From positions 23,004,001-23,068,000 of the forward strand of contig OZ249436.1 in the NCBI GenBank assembly GCA_965235115.1: a stretch of DNA of 64,000 nucleotides, in the 5' to 3' direction. A program made the translations under genes and the position numbers. Below are positions 1-13,503 of this stretch, piece after piece. Every line of letters begins with the position of its first letter. Positions within the stretch are counted from its first letter, which is position 1. The DNA comes from Laetmonice hystrix (taxonomy: Eukaryota). The notes under the pieces are model-generated. The model ran no database searches. It saw only the letters and a list, made by a program, of their open reading frames with translations, and was not told the origin of the DNA.

Positions 1-99
1 TACAAATTCTATGTGGAACTACTTGATGACACACATTGAGGCCTTTGTTTACATGCGTTATGCATCGTCATTAGAACTACTTCCCTGGGAGTGCAGGAT

Positions 100-620
100 T
101 ATCAGCAAAGCTCACATTGCTACTAACTGGCCATGGTGGTCGCGACAGGATGCTGAAAATCCTTGGACAAATGTATGCCAACATTACAACAGAAGCTGTT
201 GAACTATTCAAGTCTTACTGCCTGGTATGTCAAGAGAAGAGGAAACGTCCCAAGAGACTACAGGAGTTGTTGTGAAGCCTATTCTGTCCAGCGAATTCAA
301 CTCTCGTGGTCAAGTTGACCTTGTCGACATGCAGTCATCCCCACAAGGCCAGTTCAAGTGGATCATGGTTTACCAGTGCCACCTCACAAAGTTTGTCATC
401 CTAAGGCCTCTGTCTTCCAAGAGAGCTGCCGAAGTTGCCTTTCAACTGTTAGACATCTTCCTTCTCTTCGGTGCACCAGCCATTCTACAGAGTGACAACG
501 GATCAGAATTTACCACTCACGTCATCACAGAGCTCAAAGAGCTGTAGCCTCAGCTCAGACATCCACAAAGCCAGGCCTCTGTTGAAAGGGCAAATGGTGA
601 CATCAAAGACATGGTGGACA
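100..620 (+). pseudogene. Frameshifted rve-type integrase/transposase remnant (Ginger / KRBA2-SCAND3-like)
   Basis: Across frameshifts reads AH..GHGGRDRM...CLVC (HHCC finger), RGQVDLVDM, ILQSDNGSEF, HPQSQASVERANGDIKDM; in-frame stop at 545-547. Confidence 0.8.
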
Positions 621-1209
621 TGCAAATTTGTTCATTCCCTGAAAGTTTTAGTAAACTTAGTAAACACTGACATCTCAAGTCCATGAATTGCCGAGGAGTC
701 TTAAACATATTAAATTCCTTGTAACAAAAGATGGAGCAAGTAAGATACCAACTTTACTTCAAACATGACAATGTGCAATGTGGCCTACACTTCGGTGCGA
801 AGTATTAGGTCACAGGACCACTAGTTGCTCATGACGGGGTTATGATGGTCAGTATGTTTCTTGAATTTCCAGTGCTGTGCCGTTGAACCCAGACTTGCCG
901 CACAAAAATAGCTCCCATTCGAACACCACTCAACCGAATCAGATGATTTTGGTGTCATTTTTCATCAGAAAACATATACCTTTCCTACCATACCAGTATT
1001 TTACGTACCAGCATAACGGAAATCAAATATGCTGTTCCGCCTTTTCTGGCCCACCCTGTATATCTTGTCATTATTTTTTGGCCGACTACTAGATTGGGCC
1101 GACGCGAGCAGTCAATGTGAACGGTCAGTCGGGCCGATTTAACAGCCAACCCTACCGGATCGGGTGATCAACTGGTCCTTGACATGTTAACGATTACACT
1201 GTTACAGCT

Positions 1210-1290
1210 GGGTCACACTGAGCCGATCTTCAAAGTCAGGCCGATTACATACTAGTCAGACCGACTCTGAAGATCGGCTCAGTGTGACCC
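1210..1290. repeat. Short inverted-repeat (hairpin) MITE fragment
   Basis: GGGTCACACTGAGCCGATCTTCA (1210-1232) is the exact reverse complement of 1268-1290. Confidence 0.75.
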
Positions 1291-1302
1291 CAGGTTATGT
1301 TG

Positions 1303-2060
1303 GCACATGGAACTTCTGCCAGCGAAGGATCTGTAAAAATGGGCTCAGGTGGACACCGGGGGCAGAAGTCACTGTAGAGGTCACAGCAAAGGTTGGGCGC
1401 CACTTAAGACTCCTTGAGCCAAACCCATTACCTGACCTCTTACCCCTAACCCCACAAAGGTGATTCCAAGACATTACCCGTGATGAGGTACCTGTACCAT
1501 TACACTTACAGGTACCAGACCAGATGAGTGAGTGAGTGAGTCATGGTGGTTTTATGCTGTGTCGGCATCTAAGGCCATCTTCACGGCAAAAACAAAGTTA
1601 GAATATTTACTGAATAGTGAAAGGGGCCTATTTTATCCTGGGTCCTCACGGGAACTGCTGAAAACAACATAAAGTCCCAGCCAACTAAGCTGGTGCTAGT
1701 GATCTGATGCAATCTTGGCATCTAAGGCCATCTACACAATGAAAGGAAAATCAAACCACTGCAAGATGGTATTGCCATCTAAAGTGTAAAATATCTGGTC
1801 AGCCCAATGGGGTCACCAATAAGTTTAAACTATAAAAGAATAAGAAGTCCAGCCTGACAAAAATTCTAAAAGCAAAATCACTCCAACTCTGACATTGCTA
1901 AAAAGATCTTTAAGACTTGTCTCATTAATGACATTATTCTGGAATGACCGATCCTGCACATAGAACTTCTGCTAGCAAAGGATAGATCTGTAAAAATGGG
2001 TTCAGGTGGACACGGGGTGCAGAAGTCACTGTGAGGTCTCAGCAAATTGGGCGCCACTTA
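1303..2060. repeat. Diverged ~105-bp direct repeat pair (1303-1406 and 1956-2060)
   Basis: Both read GCACAT.GAACTTCTGC...GATCTGTAAAAATGGG.TCAGGTGGACAC...CAGAAGTCACTGT...TTGGGCGCCACTTA. Confidence 0.75.
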
Positions 2061-3810
2061 GGGTGCCTTTCCACTGGCGGGGTTTAGCCGGCCGACGAGC
2101 CACCTTGCGGCTAGTAAAAATCAAACTAGTTTAAAATATCCAATGTACCCTTCACATTGGCATATTTAGCCAGCCGGCTGCCCAGAGCTTTCCCTTTTTG
2201 GTCTGTTGTCAAACTTCCTGTAGAGGTAGTTGCTGGCATTTAAGATTTCTGATTTTAGGCATGTATTTTGTATGTATGTGTGTATGTATGTGACAGTAAT
2301 ACATAAATAAAATGTTTACACTCCTATATTTCTCATTTACACTCCTATATTTATCCTTTATTTTTTGAAGACTTTTTCCTATATTCCTATATTTTGAACA
2401 CTCCAGCGTGCTTGACACCCTGTAATAAGTAAGATTTGTAAAATGGACTACAAGTGTGTTAAAACAGCGTGTTTTAAGTTTCTCTGCTGGGCGCATTATC
2501 AATTTATCATCAGCATAAGTGGCAATCAGCGACATGTTAGTAAGACAGTCATCGGGGGATGTCGCCGTTTGGGGATGTTGCCAGCTGGGGACAAAATTCT
2601 TAGTAAGACGGGCCCCAGGACGTAGTAAGGACTGCATTGACGTAGTAAGGACGTAACTAAAACCTAGTATGGTTTTTACTGACTACAAGCATGGCATGGA
2701 CTGGAGAGATTGCAGGGCAGAGATGAAACAGTGCAGCCCATGGCGCAGTATTTATGAGGACAGGATGGACGCAGTGAGAACATGGTAAGTGCATTGCCGT
2801 TGTAAGCACGTAGTGTGATCTAAGTAGTAAGGACGCATCGGACGTGGGACGCGCATGATCATGTGTGTGGTAAGAAATTAGTCGGAACGTGTTAGACGCT
2901 GTGAGGACCCGGCAGGGACATGGTAAGGACATTGACATTGTATGAACTTGAAAACTGCACATTTTTCCATTTGGTCCACGTCCCCACTGCGTAAATTATC
3001 AGGATGCAGTGCAGTCTTCATGAGTGTGATGGGGCCATTAACACCTAGCTGTGGGCTATAGTGCGTGTCACCAAGTTGGGAACTAAAACATCATGTTGCC
3101 CTGACATTTTTTGTGCCGGTGCTAATATCTCAGCAACTACTGGGTCTACAGTATTCACTATGGTCACTTAAAGGAGAAGTCCAGTCACAAATCACACTTG
3201 GACAGCTGCAAGGCCTCTATATACACTCACCTTTCAGAGTAGTGGTTGGAAATAAATGTCCCCCTATTCCAAGAAGTCATAAGTTGAACATGACAACCCT
3301 GTCAAAATCACTGGCTTCAGCGGCGCAGCCATTTGTTGCTATTGGGCTGGCCGGAAGTGACGTTCTGGGGCTAATCTATTGCATGCCGGGGCTAGGCTAG
3401 ACTAGACTAAAGTAAAGGCAGCCGAGGCGGGTCAGCAAAGTCAATGGGGGTCAGTCCCACAGTCACAGTCACAACTAAACGCAACAGGTCTGTGCTGAAC
3501 TGACCACAGGAGTCTGACACTGCCAGCACCCGCCCGCGGTGACGGGTCGGAGTCAGGGCCCGGCCCCCCGGCCCAGTGGCAGTGGACCTCCGTCAACATC
3601 GCATCTCCGAGTGGGACGAATTGAATTCAGGCGGCCGAAACCCACGGCTGGAGCTTGCCCAGATCCGTGTCCACCCTGATATATCCCCTGACATCGGTAG
3701 GCTTAATTCCTAGCCATTCCTCATCACTATGATCGATGGTTTTCGTCTATGTTCTAACAAATTTTGCTTATAAGCTGTCAACATTAACGCTGCCTTTCGA
3801 ATCGCTCAAC

Positions 3811-4296
3811 CAGGGCTTGCCAAATTTGATTGAAAGGTGGTTGCCCGGCGGGCTAGCAGTGATAACAACCTGGTTGCCCAACAAGGACTGATGGTTGTCC
3901 AGCACTGTAGGGCACATTTTAAAAGCAAAACAGACAGGCATTTTTGTTTGTATATATATGTCACGGAATTAATTTCTTCCCCAGTCAAACAGAAAGGCGA
4001 ATCTCTCAAACAGTAAAGTGTCAAACAGTCAAGTCATTAATTAAATGTCTCAAACAGTTTCCAAGGTTGCAGTTGATGGAGGCTCAGAGTCTACAGCCAA
4101 CACCGCAGCTAGGCACACTGTTTGGTAATCATCCAGGTGCCTGTTCCCTCATTCAGCTATACATTTATGCTCTCAGTGTCAGTGACTGCTTCTTACAGAC
4201 CAGTTGCCCGCTGGGCTTTACCTAGACAAGTGCTGGTAGCCCGACACTTCAAATTGGTTGTCCCGGGCGTCCGGGCAGACGATTTGGCAAGCCCTG
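3811..4296. mobile_element. Non-autonomous TIR element (P- or hAT-like MITE)
   Basis: TIR CAGGGCTTGCCAAAT...ATTTGGCAAGCCCTG; 7-bp TSD GCTCAAC at 3804-3810 and 4297-4303. Confidence 0.75.
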
Positions 4297-5209
4297 GCTC
4301 AACGCAACAGGTGCGTCAGTTTTTCGTTCCTCCCAAACTGGAGAGCAGTGGTCAGAGCATGCGCAGTGTGAGATTAGCCCAAGGAGCAGACGCTATGGAG
4401 GCCACCAGCAGTGGAGTAGGTTCTAAGCAGGCTCCGGCACTAAAGTGCTTATATCTTAACTATTTGAGCACCAATTGTGTTCAAATTTTTTGTAATTGCT
4501 TAGAACATCACGGCCTGTGTGCCTGGCCTGTACACACTGGCGGTGGACTTTTCTTTTAAGTAGTTATGGCATATATGCCACAACTACTAAAGTCATTCAA
4601 ATACTTTAATATTGCTGAGGGAGGGCAGTACAGGCCTCCTAGCAGCCCTTGACAAAGAAGTAGGATTCTACCCCCAAAAAGTAGGACTTCTAATCTTGGA
4701 AAAGTAGGAGAGTTATTTTTGAAAAAGAATGTAATAGAGTGCTATACTTAGTTCGACACAGCCATGTACACAATGTATCACTAGTATTCAAAGCGGCTGT
4801 GTGGAAGGGGAGGTATTTTTACAGTTTAACTGTTCAAAACCGTTTGGTGATATCAGTTAATCTAGTTCCACGGTGCTTCGTGACTTATTTTTGGCCGCAT
4901 TATCAACCAATGAGAGAGCATTCCTGTATTTTACTCCCATTGGGGACTTTTTCTGCAGCTAGTCTTTTTTTTTATTATTATTAATCATATTATGGTATAT
5001 CATGATATACCAAATATACATTTTGTTTTATCAAGATTTACTGTTAATTTATTATAGATGAACCATTTACTTAGTTTGTCAACATCCTCCGTAATCTGAG
5101 ACAGGATTCCATCCAAATTTTTACCATGAGTTATAACAGCGGTATCATCGCAAACATGTTTAAACCAGAGTTTACATCACTATGATACTATCCAAAATCA
5201 TATCATTTA

Positions 5210-5384
5210 CAGTCAGACCTTGTTTATCCGAACAGCTTGGTGCCCATTAAAATGTGTTCGGATTGTGAAATATCCGGATTACTGAATTATTTTAAATAGA
5301 AAATGGTAGAAGAAGTTACCAGGAAGTGTGTTCGGATTGTGAGGTGTACGGATTACAAAAGCATGGATTAAAGAGGTCTGACTG
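5210..5384. mobile_element. Tc1/mariner-pogo-type MITE
   Basis: TIR CAGTCAGACCT...AGGTCTGACTG; preceded by TA (right-hand copy reads TT); its removal restores the LINE motif. Confidence 0.7.
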
Positions 5385-5444
5385 TTCATACAATAAATAA
5401 ATTAAAGGCCCTAGGACTGTACCCTGTGGAATCCCATAGTTAAA

Positions 5445-5776
5445 GGGGAACATGGTCGCCGCCTTTTCCGCATGGCGGCAGCACTGTGCAAGCGGTTCAA
5501 GAGGTGACATTTTAGCATAGAATTAGATAGGCTGAAATCTGCTAATCTGTGGCTGGTTGCCATACCGACATTTGTTCTAAAAAGGTATGACAATTTTTAA
5601 ACTTCTTTCATTCACTTTAGTCCAAATGAGTTAATATTATTTAGTAATGATAAGGTTAGGTCATCCTACAGCACATTAGCATTTCGTCGTCCTATCTAAA
5701 CTTATGCTAACTTACTGCAGCAAGGACCGCTTGCACAGTGCTGCTGCCTTGCGGATTTGACTTGAAATCCCCATTG
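5445..5776. mobile_element. ~330-bp MITE, copy 1 (copy 2 at 25446-25767)
   Basis: Subterminal inverted repeat CCGCATGGCGGCAGCACTGTGCAAGCGG / CCGCTTGCACAGTGCTGCTGCCTTGCGG; the internal sequence recurs at 25446-25767. Confidence 0.75.
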
Positions 5777-7525
5777 CGCATGCGTCTAATCTACCCCATT
5801 GTCTCACAGTCAGATTGGATCCCATTTTTTTTAACAAATTGTTTTCTATTTTTCAAATATTCTATTATCCAATTTTTACATTCAGCAATTATACCTAGCT
5901 TTTCTAGTTTGGCACATAGAATATCATGGACACAATTAAAAGCCTTTGATAAATCGAGGAAAATTACCATACTGGACCTTTGTTTAGAACTGTGATTCAT
6001 ATAATTGATTAACAACTTGGTTGACAGCCCCAACAGTTGACTTACCCATTCTTATTTTTAAAGAATAAGTTATTACTTTCCATATAACATAGTCATAAAT
6101 AATGCTATTAACATACTTTTCCAATATTTTTGATGGAAGCGGTGTATTCGATATCTGGAGGTCTTAAGTTATTAAGTTATATAAGTCCTACTGGGAAGTG
6201 CCTGGATTACTAATATTATACCCTGTTATTAATTATATAATGGCCATTAAATGTGATGTTGCCTTTTCCGATTTTTTAGTAGGAGTTGGTTAAAAAAAGT
6301 AGGAAAAGTAGGACTTTGTAGGAGGGGGTCTGAAAAAGTAGGAAAAGTACTAGTAGGACTATCGGCCTTCTCAATAAGCGCCGGCGGCCAGCGGTTTTGC
6401 CCGCCTACTTCCCCAAAACAGCCGGCAACTTTCTAGTACACCAAGAAATCAAGACTTCTCAGAGTCCCCCCCCCCCCCAGGGGTCCCTCCTCCCACCCCC
6501 ACCCCCAAGGTCGGCGCGGCACCGACTGCGGCTGCTGCTATAGGTCCACCTCCAACTTTGTGAACTTCCCCTTCTACTACTTTTCTTATTGGAACCCCTA
6601 TATAGCAGGAGGCCTGAACTTAACGTTAACGCTATCTGCTCTCAACACTTACAGTGCACAGTTCCTTGGCTTCAGCTTCAGCACACGTCGCCGCTCGGTC
6701 CGGCGAAGAGCACGGCTGTTCACAGACAGAGTCGGACCAAGGCAGCGGCGGGCCGGCCAAGGCAGTGGTGGGCCGGGCGTACTGTACTGTAGCTTCCACG
6801 GCGCCGTACTGTACTGCATTCCGCACAGCCACAGCCATCTACCCGGCTTGACCGGGACTTGGACACCAAGTCCCGTCGGCAAGCAGTTGACCAAGGCTAC
6901 GAATCACGATACTATAGGTATAGCCGCGACTTGACCAAGGCCAAGGCTTCTTTAACTGGCTTAAATCTAGCCTCTTACATAGGCCGTGTGTACGGCCTAT
7001 CATCTAGCGAACGGGCTGAGAACAAACGTTCTAGCGCAGAATGAATGTGCGCTAGCGCACCTCTTCCATCACTTTAAATAAAAGATTGCCTTTACCTTCA
7101 GCTACTGAGCCCAATGAACTTACTTGGTGTTCCTCTAAGCAACAGATTCGGTCCATTTTCCAAACCAAGCGACCACTTTCCATAGTCTTACAACCGGCGC
7201 CATTTCTGTAAACCCACATCCGGGGTCAAGCTCACGAAGGGAGCAGTCATTTCAGACGTTGGCTATTTAGTTTGGCGCCATAAATAATGGAGGAATTGCT
7301 GTTTGGTCTAGAATAATGAATGCTCCCCTGCTGGTCGCCAGTGTGCATGTTTTGAACATGCGCAGTAGAACAAACAGTATGGCGGCTAACGGCAGTGAAC
7401 CAGCGCGATTCGGAATTTCGAAAGTCTGATTTATTAAAACTTTGGGCAAAAATCCTCGGAAAAGTGTGCAGCAGAGGAACAGAAGATGGGCTGCGTTAGA
7501 ATTGACACCTCAACTGGCAGTACGG

Positions 7526-8391
7526 CAGGGTTGGGTTTAAGGCAGCCTTAAACCTGTTTTAGGCACGGCACTTGCCCTAAACTGCCATAAACTGCCTTAA
7601 AGTGGTTAAAACCGCCCTAAACTGCCTTAAACTGCCTCAAAACTATACCAACCAAATATGTTCAGCCTTTCATTGTAGTAGACACATTACCAGAAAGCCA
7701 CATTATAGGTTTCATGACTTTATTTAATAGTTTATTAATATTCAATAAATAAAATACATGTAGTAGAAAATAATGTAGTAGAAATGACATTCGAAAAAAT
7801 ATTTCTTCAAATACAGGACTCGTAAAACAATGACAAACCAGGACAGTCGACTACTGAGTTCTATGCAGAGGAAACTAGCATGGCTTCTTCTCCAACCATG
7901 CACGGCTTCTGCATACACACAGAGTTTATAAAGGCAGTGGGGTCCTAACTGTAACATAAACATGGGGAACTATCCACCCCAGCCAACTAGTGAGCTCAAT
8001 GCAGAGGAATGTGGCATGGTTTATTCTCTAACCATGTATGTCTTCCTCCATACACATTTAGAGTTGATAGTAGCTTGATGACACAACATGCCAGCTAGTG
8101 AGTAAAATGTTGAGTACACAGTAGGCACCATGGCTTTTGAGTCAACAGTTACTGTAACATCCTGAGTCTATGTGCATTCAAGCTGCTTAATTATAGGGAT
8201 TTATAAATATTGTATTTGTTAGAATTTGGCAAATAGGTAATTAAGGCACTCATTTACAAATTATTTCTGCTAAAATAGGTTTAAGGCATTTTGTATGCCT
8301 TAAACTGCCTTAAACCTGTTTTCGGCAGGGCGGTTTTTACCGGTAAAAACCACCTGGTAAAAACCACCCTGCCGTAAACTTGCCAACCCTG
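7526..8391. mobile_element. hAT-type MITE
   Basis: TIR CAGGGTTGG...CCAACCCTG; perfect 8-bp TSD CAGTACGG (7518-7525, 8392-8399); subterminal (ACTGCCTTAA)-like repeats. Confidence 0.85.
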
Positions 8392-9198
8392 CAGTACGGT
8401 AGTTACGATGGATTTTGCACAGCGAGTGATTGACATTAGGAGGTAGGGTTTTTCGCGTTAACGCTGTCCGTCCCTACACTGGGACGATACTCCGTCTAGC
8501 TTAAATCCAGCTAGTTTGACTGCAGTTTTCAATTTTGGACACAGAAAACGTAGGCCCTACTAAGGCCTACAACTGTTTAGATTGGTTTGATAAAATACAA
8601 TTTGAATAGAATAGGTAATTTACGATTGCTCGGCGCTCGACAAGTCTCGGCCAGCACAAAGATAGTGTACTGCATGGCCAGGCAGAGAGACCGACTGCCC
8701 AACTGCACTCTCACGGCTATCGGCGCGCACAAGTCCCGGTATGTGACAGCTCCAAGCCGGGAAGGTGCCTTAGCGGAATGTACAGTACTGCGGGAAGGTA
8801 CAGTACGCCACACCTGGCAGCAGCCAGCCGAGTTTCATTTGAAGTACCTAGGCTAGGGCTAGGCCTAACGTTACACCATGTACACACCTAAGATTTACAC
8901 AAGAAGAAGAAGTTACACAAACTCTCCGCGGCACCCCCCCCCCCCCACATTGCTATAACACATCCAGTTTTCGCAAAAGCTGACCTCGAAAGGCGAAAAA
9001 CAGCTTAAACTAGTTAAAGCAATAAAGGGGCGCACCCCCTACCCCTAGCCTATGCCTATGCTACCTATGCCTAGCCTATGCTATAACTGGGGTATCATCT
9101 ATTCTGTGCCCTAACGCCGTAGATCTACGGCTACGGCATGCGCTGTCACAGTGTCAGACCTTGCGCTAAATTTGGCAAAACTCAACTTTTCTACTTAC

Positions 9199-9277
9199 CT
9201 GACAGAGAGAGGCAAATCTGCAACGACGCCAGAGCCAGAATGGCTATCGACCATAGATTGCTGAGTCGAAGCGACAT
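9199..9277 (-). CDS. Probable first coding exon (signal peptide) of a secreted/membrane protein gene
   Basis: ATG at 9277 gives MSLRLSNLWSIAILALASLQICLSLS, followed by a consensus phase-1 donor CAG|GTAAGT; CpG-rich upstream region with TCTCGCG-like motifs. Confidence 0.55.
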
Positions 9278-10384
9278 CCTCTATTTAATCCTATCATTAC
9301 AAACAGACAGCACGACTTAATTTTCCACCGATTCTCCAAAGGCAAAGCCAAAGCGACGTAGGCCGACGTGAACTCCTCGCCGATACTTCCATGATTGTTT
9401 TGATCTAGGATCTCGCGTGAGAGTTCGTGGGTTGGCCGCAAGAATCATTAGTTATACAATTTGCCGTACGGTGGCAGTTCAATCGACTACAGTTCTTCGA
9501 GGTCACCGCTTGGGGGCCAAACGGACAGGTGCTCGCGCGATGTAGGTTTACCTATAACTAGTATAAGTTTCCGTAAATCTTCGAAATATGTGATTTTTTT
9601 CAGGAATTTACAGAAAATCAACGAATAGGGCTACCTCAAATTTGTTGAAACTTTCCCAAAAACTTCCATATAATGTCAGCTACAAAAGATTGTAAATTAG
9701 CCTACGTAGGCCTAACGCTAGCGGGGTGGGGGGGGGGGGGGGGTATTTTTCCCTTTGTTACGAAGTGTTACAAGGGGGGGGGGGGGGGTCCGACGGTCTG
9801 TTACATAACGTTGGTGACAGAAATTTTCTGCTCTTTAAATATTTTTATCTGAAAAATTCATTAACGTATGTGAATAAAGAGTTCTGTCAATTTCAAGTGC
9901 GTCTCCCAACAACTCCAGCAATTTAGAAAGGATTGGGGGGGGGGGGGTGTTCACAGATGCGTTACATAATTTTAGGGGGGGGGGGGGTGTCTGGGGTTGC
10001 GTTACAAAACGTTACAGGGGGTGGGGGTGTTTAGTTACGGTTACATAATTTATGGACAGCCTATACTAATAGCCTAGGCCTACGTGGATGACAGTCAATG
10101 AGCATAGATCTAGGCCTATACTATAGACTCTATGTCGAGATTTCAGCAGATCATCTAAGCGATATCATGGCCACGTGACCTTTTGACCTCTGGTGACCTT
10201 GATATGCCTAATTAGTATGTATAACACATACAAAACATCATCTAAAAGTACTTTGTTTGAGCTTTCAAATGATACCTCATTTGCAAAAATATGACGAAGT
10301 AGGCCTACAGTGCCGTGGTGCCCTTTTCCCTTGCTTAGTTGCTACCATGTGCCCTTCAGCTGTAACCAGCCATCGCCAAATCAT

Positions 10385-10754
10385 CCCTGACATTGATCGT
10401 TTCTCTGCCGATTTCGTAAAAATTAATATTTTTTGGGTCGAGTGCAACTGCTGAATTGTTTACAGCTAAACAAAGCACGTGACTAAGCACATGCAGAGAG
10501 TGCACACGCAGGATGTGACGCAGTATGCAAATACACGGGTTGATGGTAGGTTGTCTACCAAATTATGGCGAGAGATGTGCTATCGGGAGAAATCTATAGG
10601 TTTGGTCGTATAGAACCTACTTGTGCTGCATACGCAGCGAAAACACGTCGGAGGACAAAATGCTGTGGTAGGATTATTTACTTGGATCCCTAGTACACGG
10701 TCATGTTGGATAATTGCCGGAAATCCTCAAAAACGTGTTCCATAGCATGTCCCT
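10385..10754 (-). mobile_element. Truncated inverted copy of the Kolobok-type MITE at 32954-33481
   Basis: Reverse complement of about 32954-33335; ends CATAGCATGTCCCT|TTAA. Confidence 0.75.
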
Positions 10755-10759
10755 TTAAA

Positions 10760-11740
10760 GGTTCAATATTAGAGGTTCAATATGGAACCCCGAGAAAAGT
10801 TCAGAATGGAATCATTATTAAAGGTTCTCTCCAACAGGGAACCTTTATTTAAGGTTCTTCCGGGAACTTCAAACACTCAAAGAACCAATCCTCAGGGGTT
10901 CTATAAAGAATTTTTTGTCCACAATAGACATAAAATAAGCCAATACTGGATCTAAACTAGTTTAGAACCAGTTGGTGCGAACCTTATATGGCCTAGTGAA
11001 TTCAAACAGGTTCATTTGTATAAAAGTTCAAACGTCTGCAGCCTAAGCCAGCTACTTCGCCTGAAAATGTCGACTGTCTATACCAAGGAGTTTACATACG
11101 TCTTCTGGCCTGCAAAGATGGTGTTTCCTAGACAAATGTTGACGAATCACATTTCATAGGGGCCTAATTAAGCCACTATTTGACCTTCCACTCAACACCA
11201 TACGACAAAGAGTGTATTGATATTATTATTAATCTATGCCATGGTCGCATTAGCCGGCGTTCAAATATAGGCCCCTATATGACACGGTCAACTCGTGCTT
11301 GGCTATACTTGTATGGAACCCTTTTTTCTAGAAGAGTTCTACATGGAACCCTCAACATTTCAAAGAACCCTTAAAGAACGTATACATACTGGTTTTCCTA
11401 CGGGTTCCGCAAGGAATTCGAACTCTTCTACTGGGAACCTCGAACATTTTATATATAGTCAAAGTTATTTTAAATAATGCTTATCAGACTATAATAAGCA
11501 GGTCCTAAAGAACTAAAGAAAGGTTCAATGTGGAACTTTACCTTCTCTAACAGGAATCCTTTGGTTCTACGTGAAACCTAACTTTCCTTCAAGGAACCCT
11601 TCTCCCCCGTATAGAACCTTTTGGTTCCACGTGGAACCCAACTTTCCTACCAGGAACCCTTTTACCTCGTATAGAACCCCTTGGTTCCATGTGTAACTCC
11701 GAAGTTCAACAAAGAACCTCTAAGAACCCTTATTTCTAAG
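10760..11740. repeat. GAACC/GGTTC-rich dispersed repeat (CACTA/EnSpm-like non-autonomous element), uninterrupted paralogue of the LTR target
   Basis: 10920-11355 aligns with 13170-13503 joined to 23242-23325; dense GGAACC/GGTTC motifs. Confidence 0.6.
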
Positions 11741-13503
11741 TAGTTCAACCCCCTGGCCACATCATTGGCCAGAGTAGGTCCAAACACATGCCGCAATAAG
11801 GAGATTTCTTCTTCTTTTTTTTTCTTTTTTTTGGGGGGGGGGCAAGGCCCCCTTCCCCCCTGGATCCACCAATGCTATAAGCGTTTATGTTACCCCCCCC
11901 CCCCAATTATTCAGGGTCATTATTTTCGCATTTTGAAAATTGGCGAATTCTCCTAAAATGATGCCTCACACCCAAATCCAGCAGTTTCAACTTGTAAGAC
12001 ACTCAGATCCAGGTGAGGCACAACATTTCGCATCTAAAACCACCTCCAGACCTTTTGGCCTCGAAACTGCAAATAAACCCCCTGGCTCCCGGACTAATAC
12101 AACACGTCTGATTTCAGTCTTTCTCACTAGATGGCGTAGCAGCTTAAAATCTGTGCGCTGTGAGTCTTTTTTTTTATTATTTTTTTTTATATAATTTTTT
12201 ATTTTCCACACAAAAATAAGTTCACAACATACATGTACGATTCACATGTTTACAAAAAGGAAAATAAGGAACACACTTACGGGTAGGGCCTACACATACA
12301 GGACAGGACACTTCACGATTTACATATTGACAAAAACATAGGCCTACATTTACAGGTACACATACATGTATTTGGTAGCCCGCTCATTCTTTAACAACAT
12401 ACCTAGGATTACCAAAATAGTTCCCATTTTTTAACAAAACAACCTTTATACATATATCTCACAGCCTACAAGCCCGCATATCTATATAATTTTAGTTTTA
12501 TAATCTATTCCACATTACCCCCCACTTTTTAAGAAATCTCTGTATTTTGTTTGTATTTTTTGCTACTTCACTTTCTACCATTAATTCTCCTTTTAACCTT
12601 CTTTGGAAACCTCTAAGCTCTGGACTATATTCCTTTAGTTTACATCCATAAATATATGGTCAGAGTCGGGTATACTGCAGATGCGCACTCTTTCCCGACA
12701 GTATGCATTCTTGGCTGCCAGTCGATCCCAGGGGTGGATACAAGATTTATCAGCTGAGGGGGGGGGGAACTATTATTCAATTCTTGTAAAAAATTATACC
12801 ACTGCCTTATGCCCACAAAGCCCCCCCCCCCAACGGATCTGTCACTGAGTCATGTACACTCTCAGAAAAAAAAGTTCCAAGTAGAACCATTTAAGGTTCT
12901 TCAACTTATGTCTGTAGGAGAACCCTTAAGAGTTCTAAGAAGAACCATTTTAAAATGGTTCTATATAGAACCATGGAGGAAGGGTTCTGTAAAGAACCTT
13001 TTCAAAAGGGTTCTATATCACTAAAAAGGGTTCTGCCAGAGACATGAGTTGAAGAACCTTCTTATAGAACCCTTCCTCCGTGGTTCTATAAAGAACTCAA
13101 AAGGGAACCTTTATAAGGTTCTTCATAGGACCATTCCTCATGGTTCTATAGAGAACCATTTTATTTGTCTATAATAGACATAAAATAAACCAATAGCCCT
13201 ACTGATCTAAACTAGTTTAGAACCAGTATTAGTGCGAACCGGGCCTGGTTGTATAAAATTTCAAACGTCTGCAGCCTAAGCCAGCTACTCCGTCTGAAAA
13301 TATCGACTGTCTATACCAAGGAGTTAACATAAAGTCTTCTGGCCTCCAAAGATGGTGTTTTGTCGACAATGTTGATGAATCACACTTTATAATTAGGTCA
13401 CTATTTGACCTTCCACTCAACACCATATGACAAAGGCTGTATTAATATTATTATTAATTTATGCCATGGTCGCATTAGCCGGCGTTCACATGTAGGCCCC
13501 TAT

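Larger units (their letters stand above)
5090..6250 (-). pseudogene. Degraded non-LTR retrotransposon RT (CR1/L2-group), interrupted by two MITEs
   Basis: Minus-strand motifs IFLDLSKAF, YLKNRKQFV, GIPQGTVLGPL, LLY(V)ND restored by removing 5210-5384, and a DDTA-like motif near 5140-5158. Confidence 0.75.
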
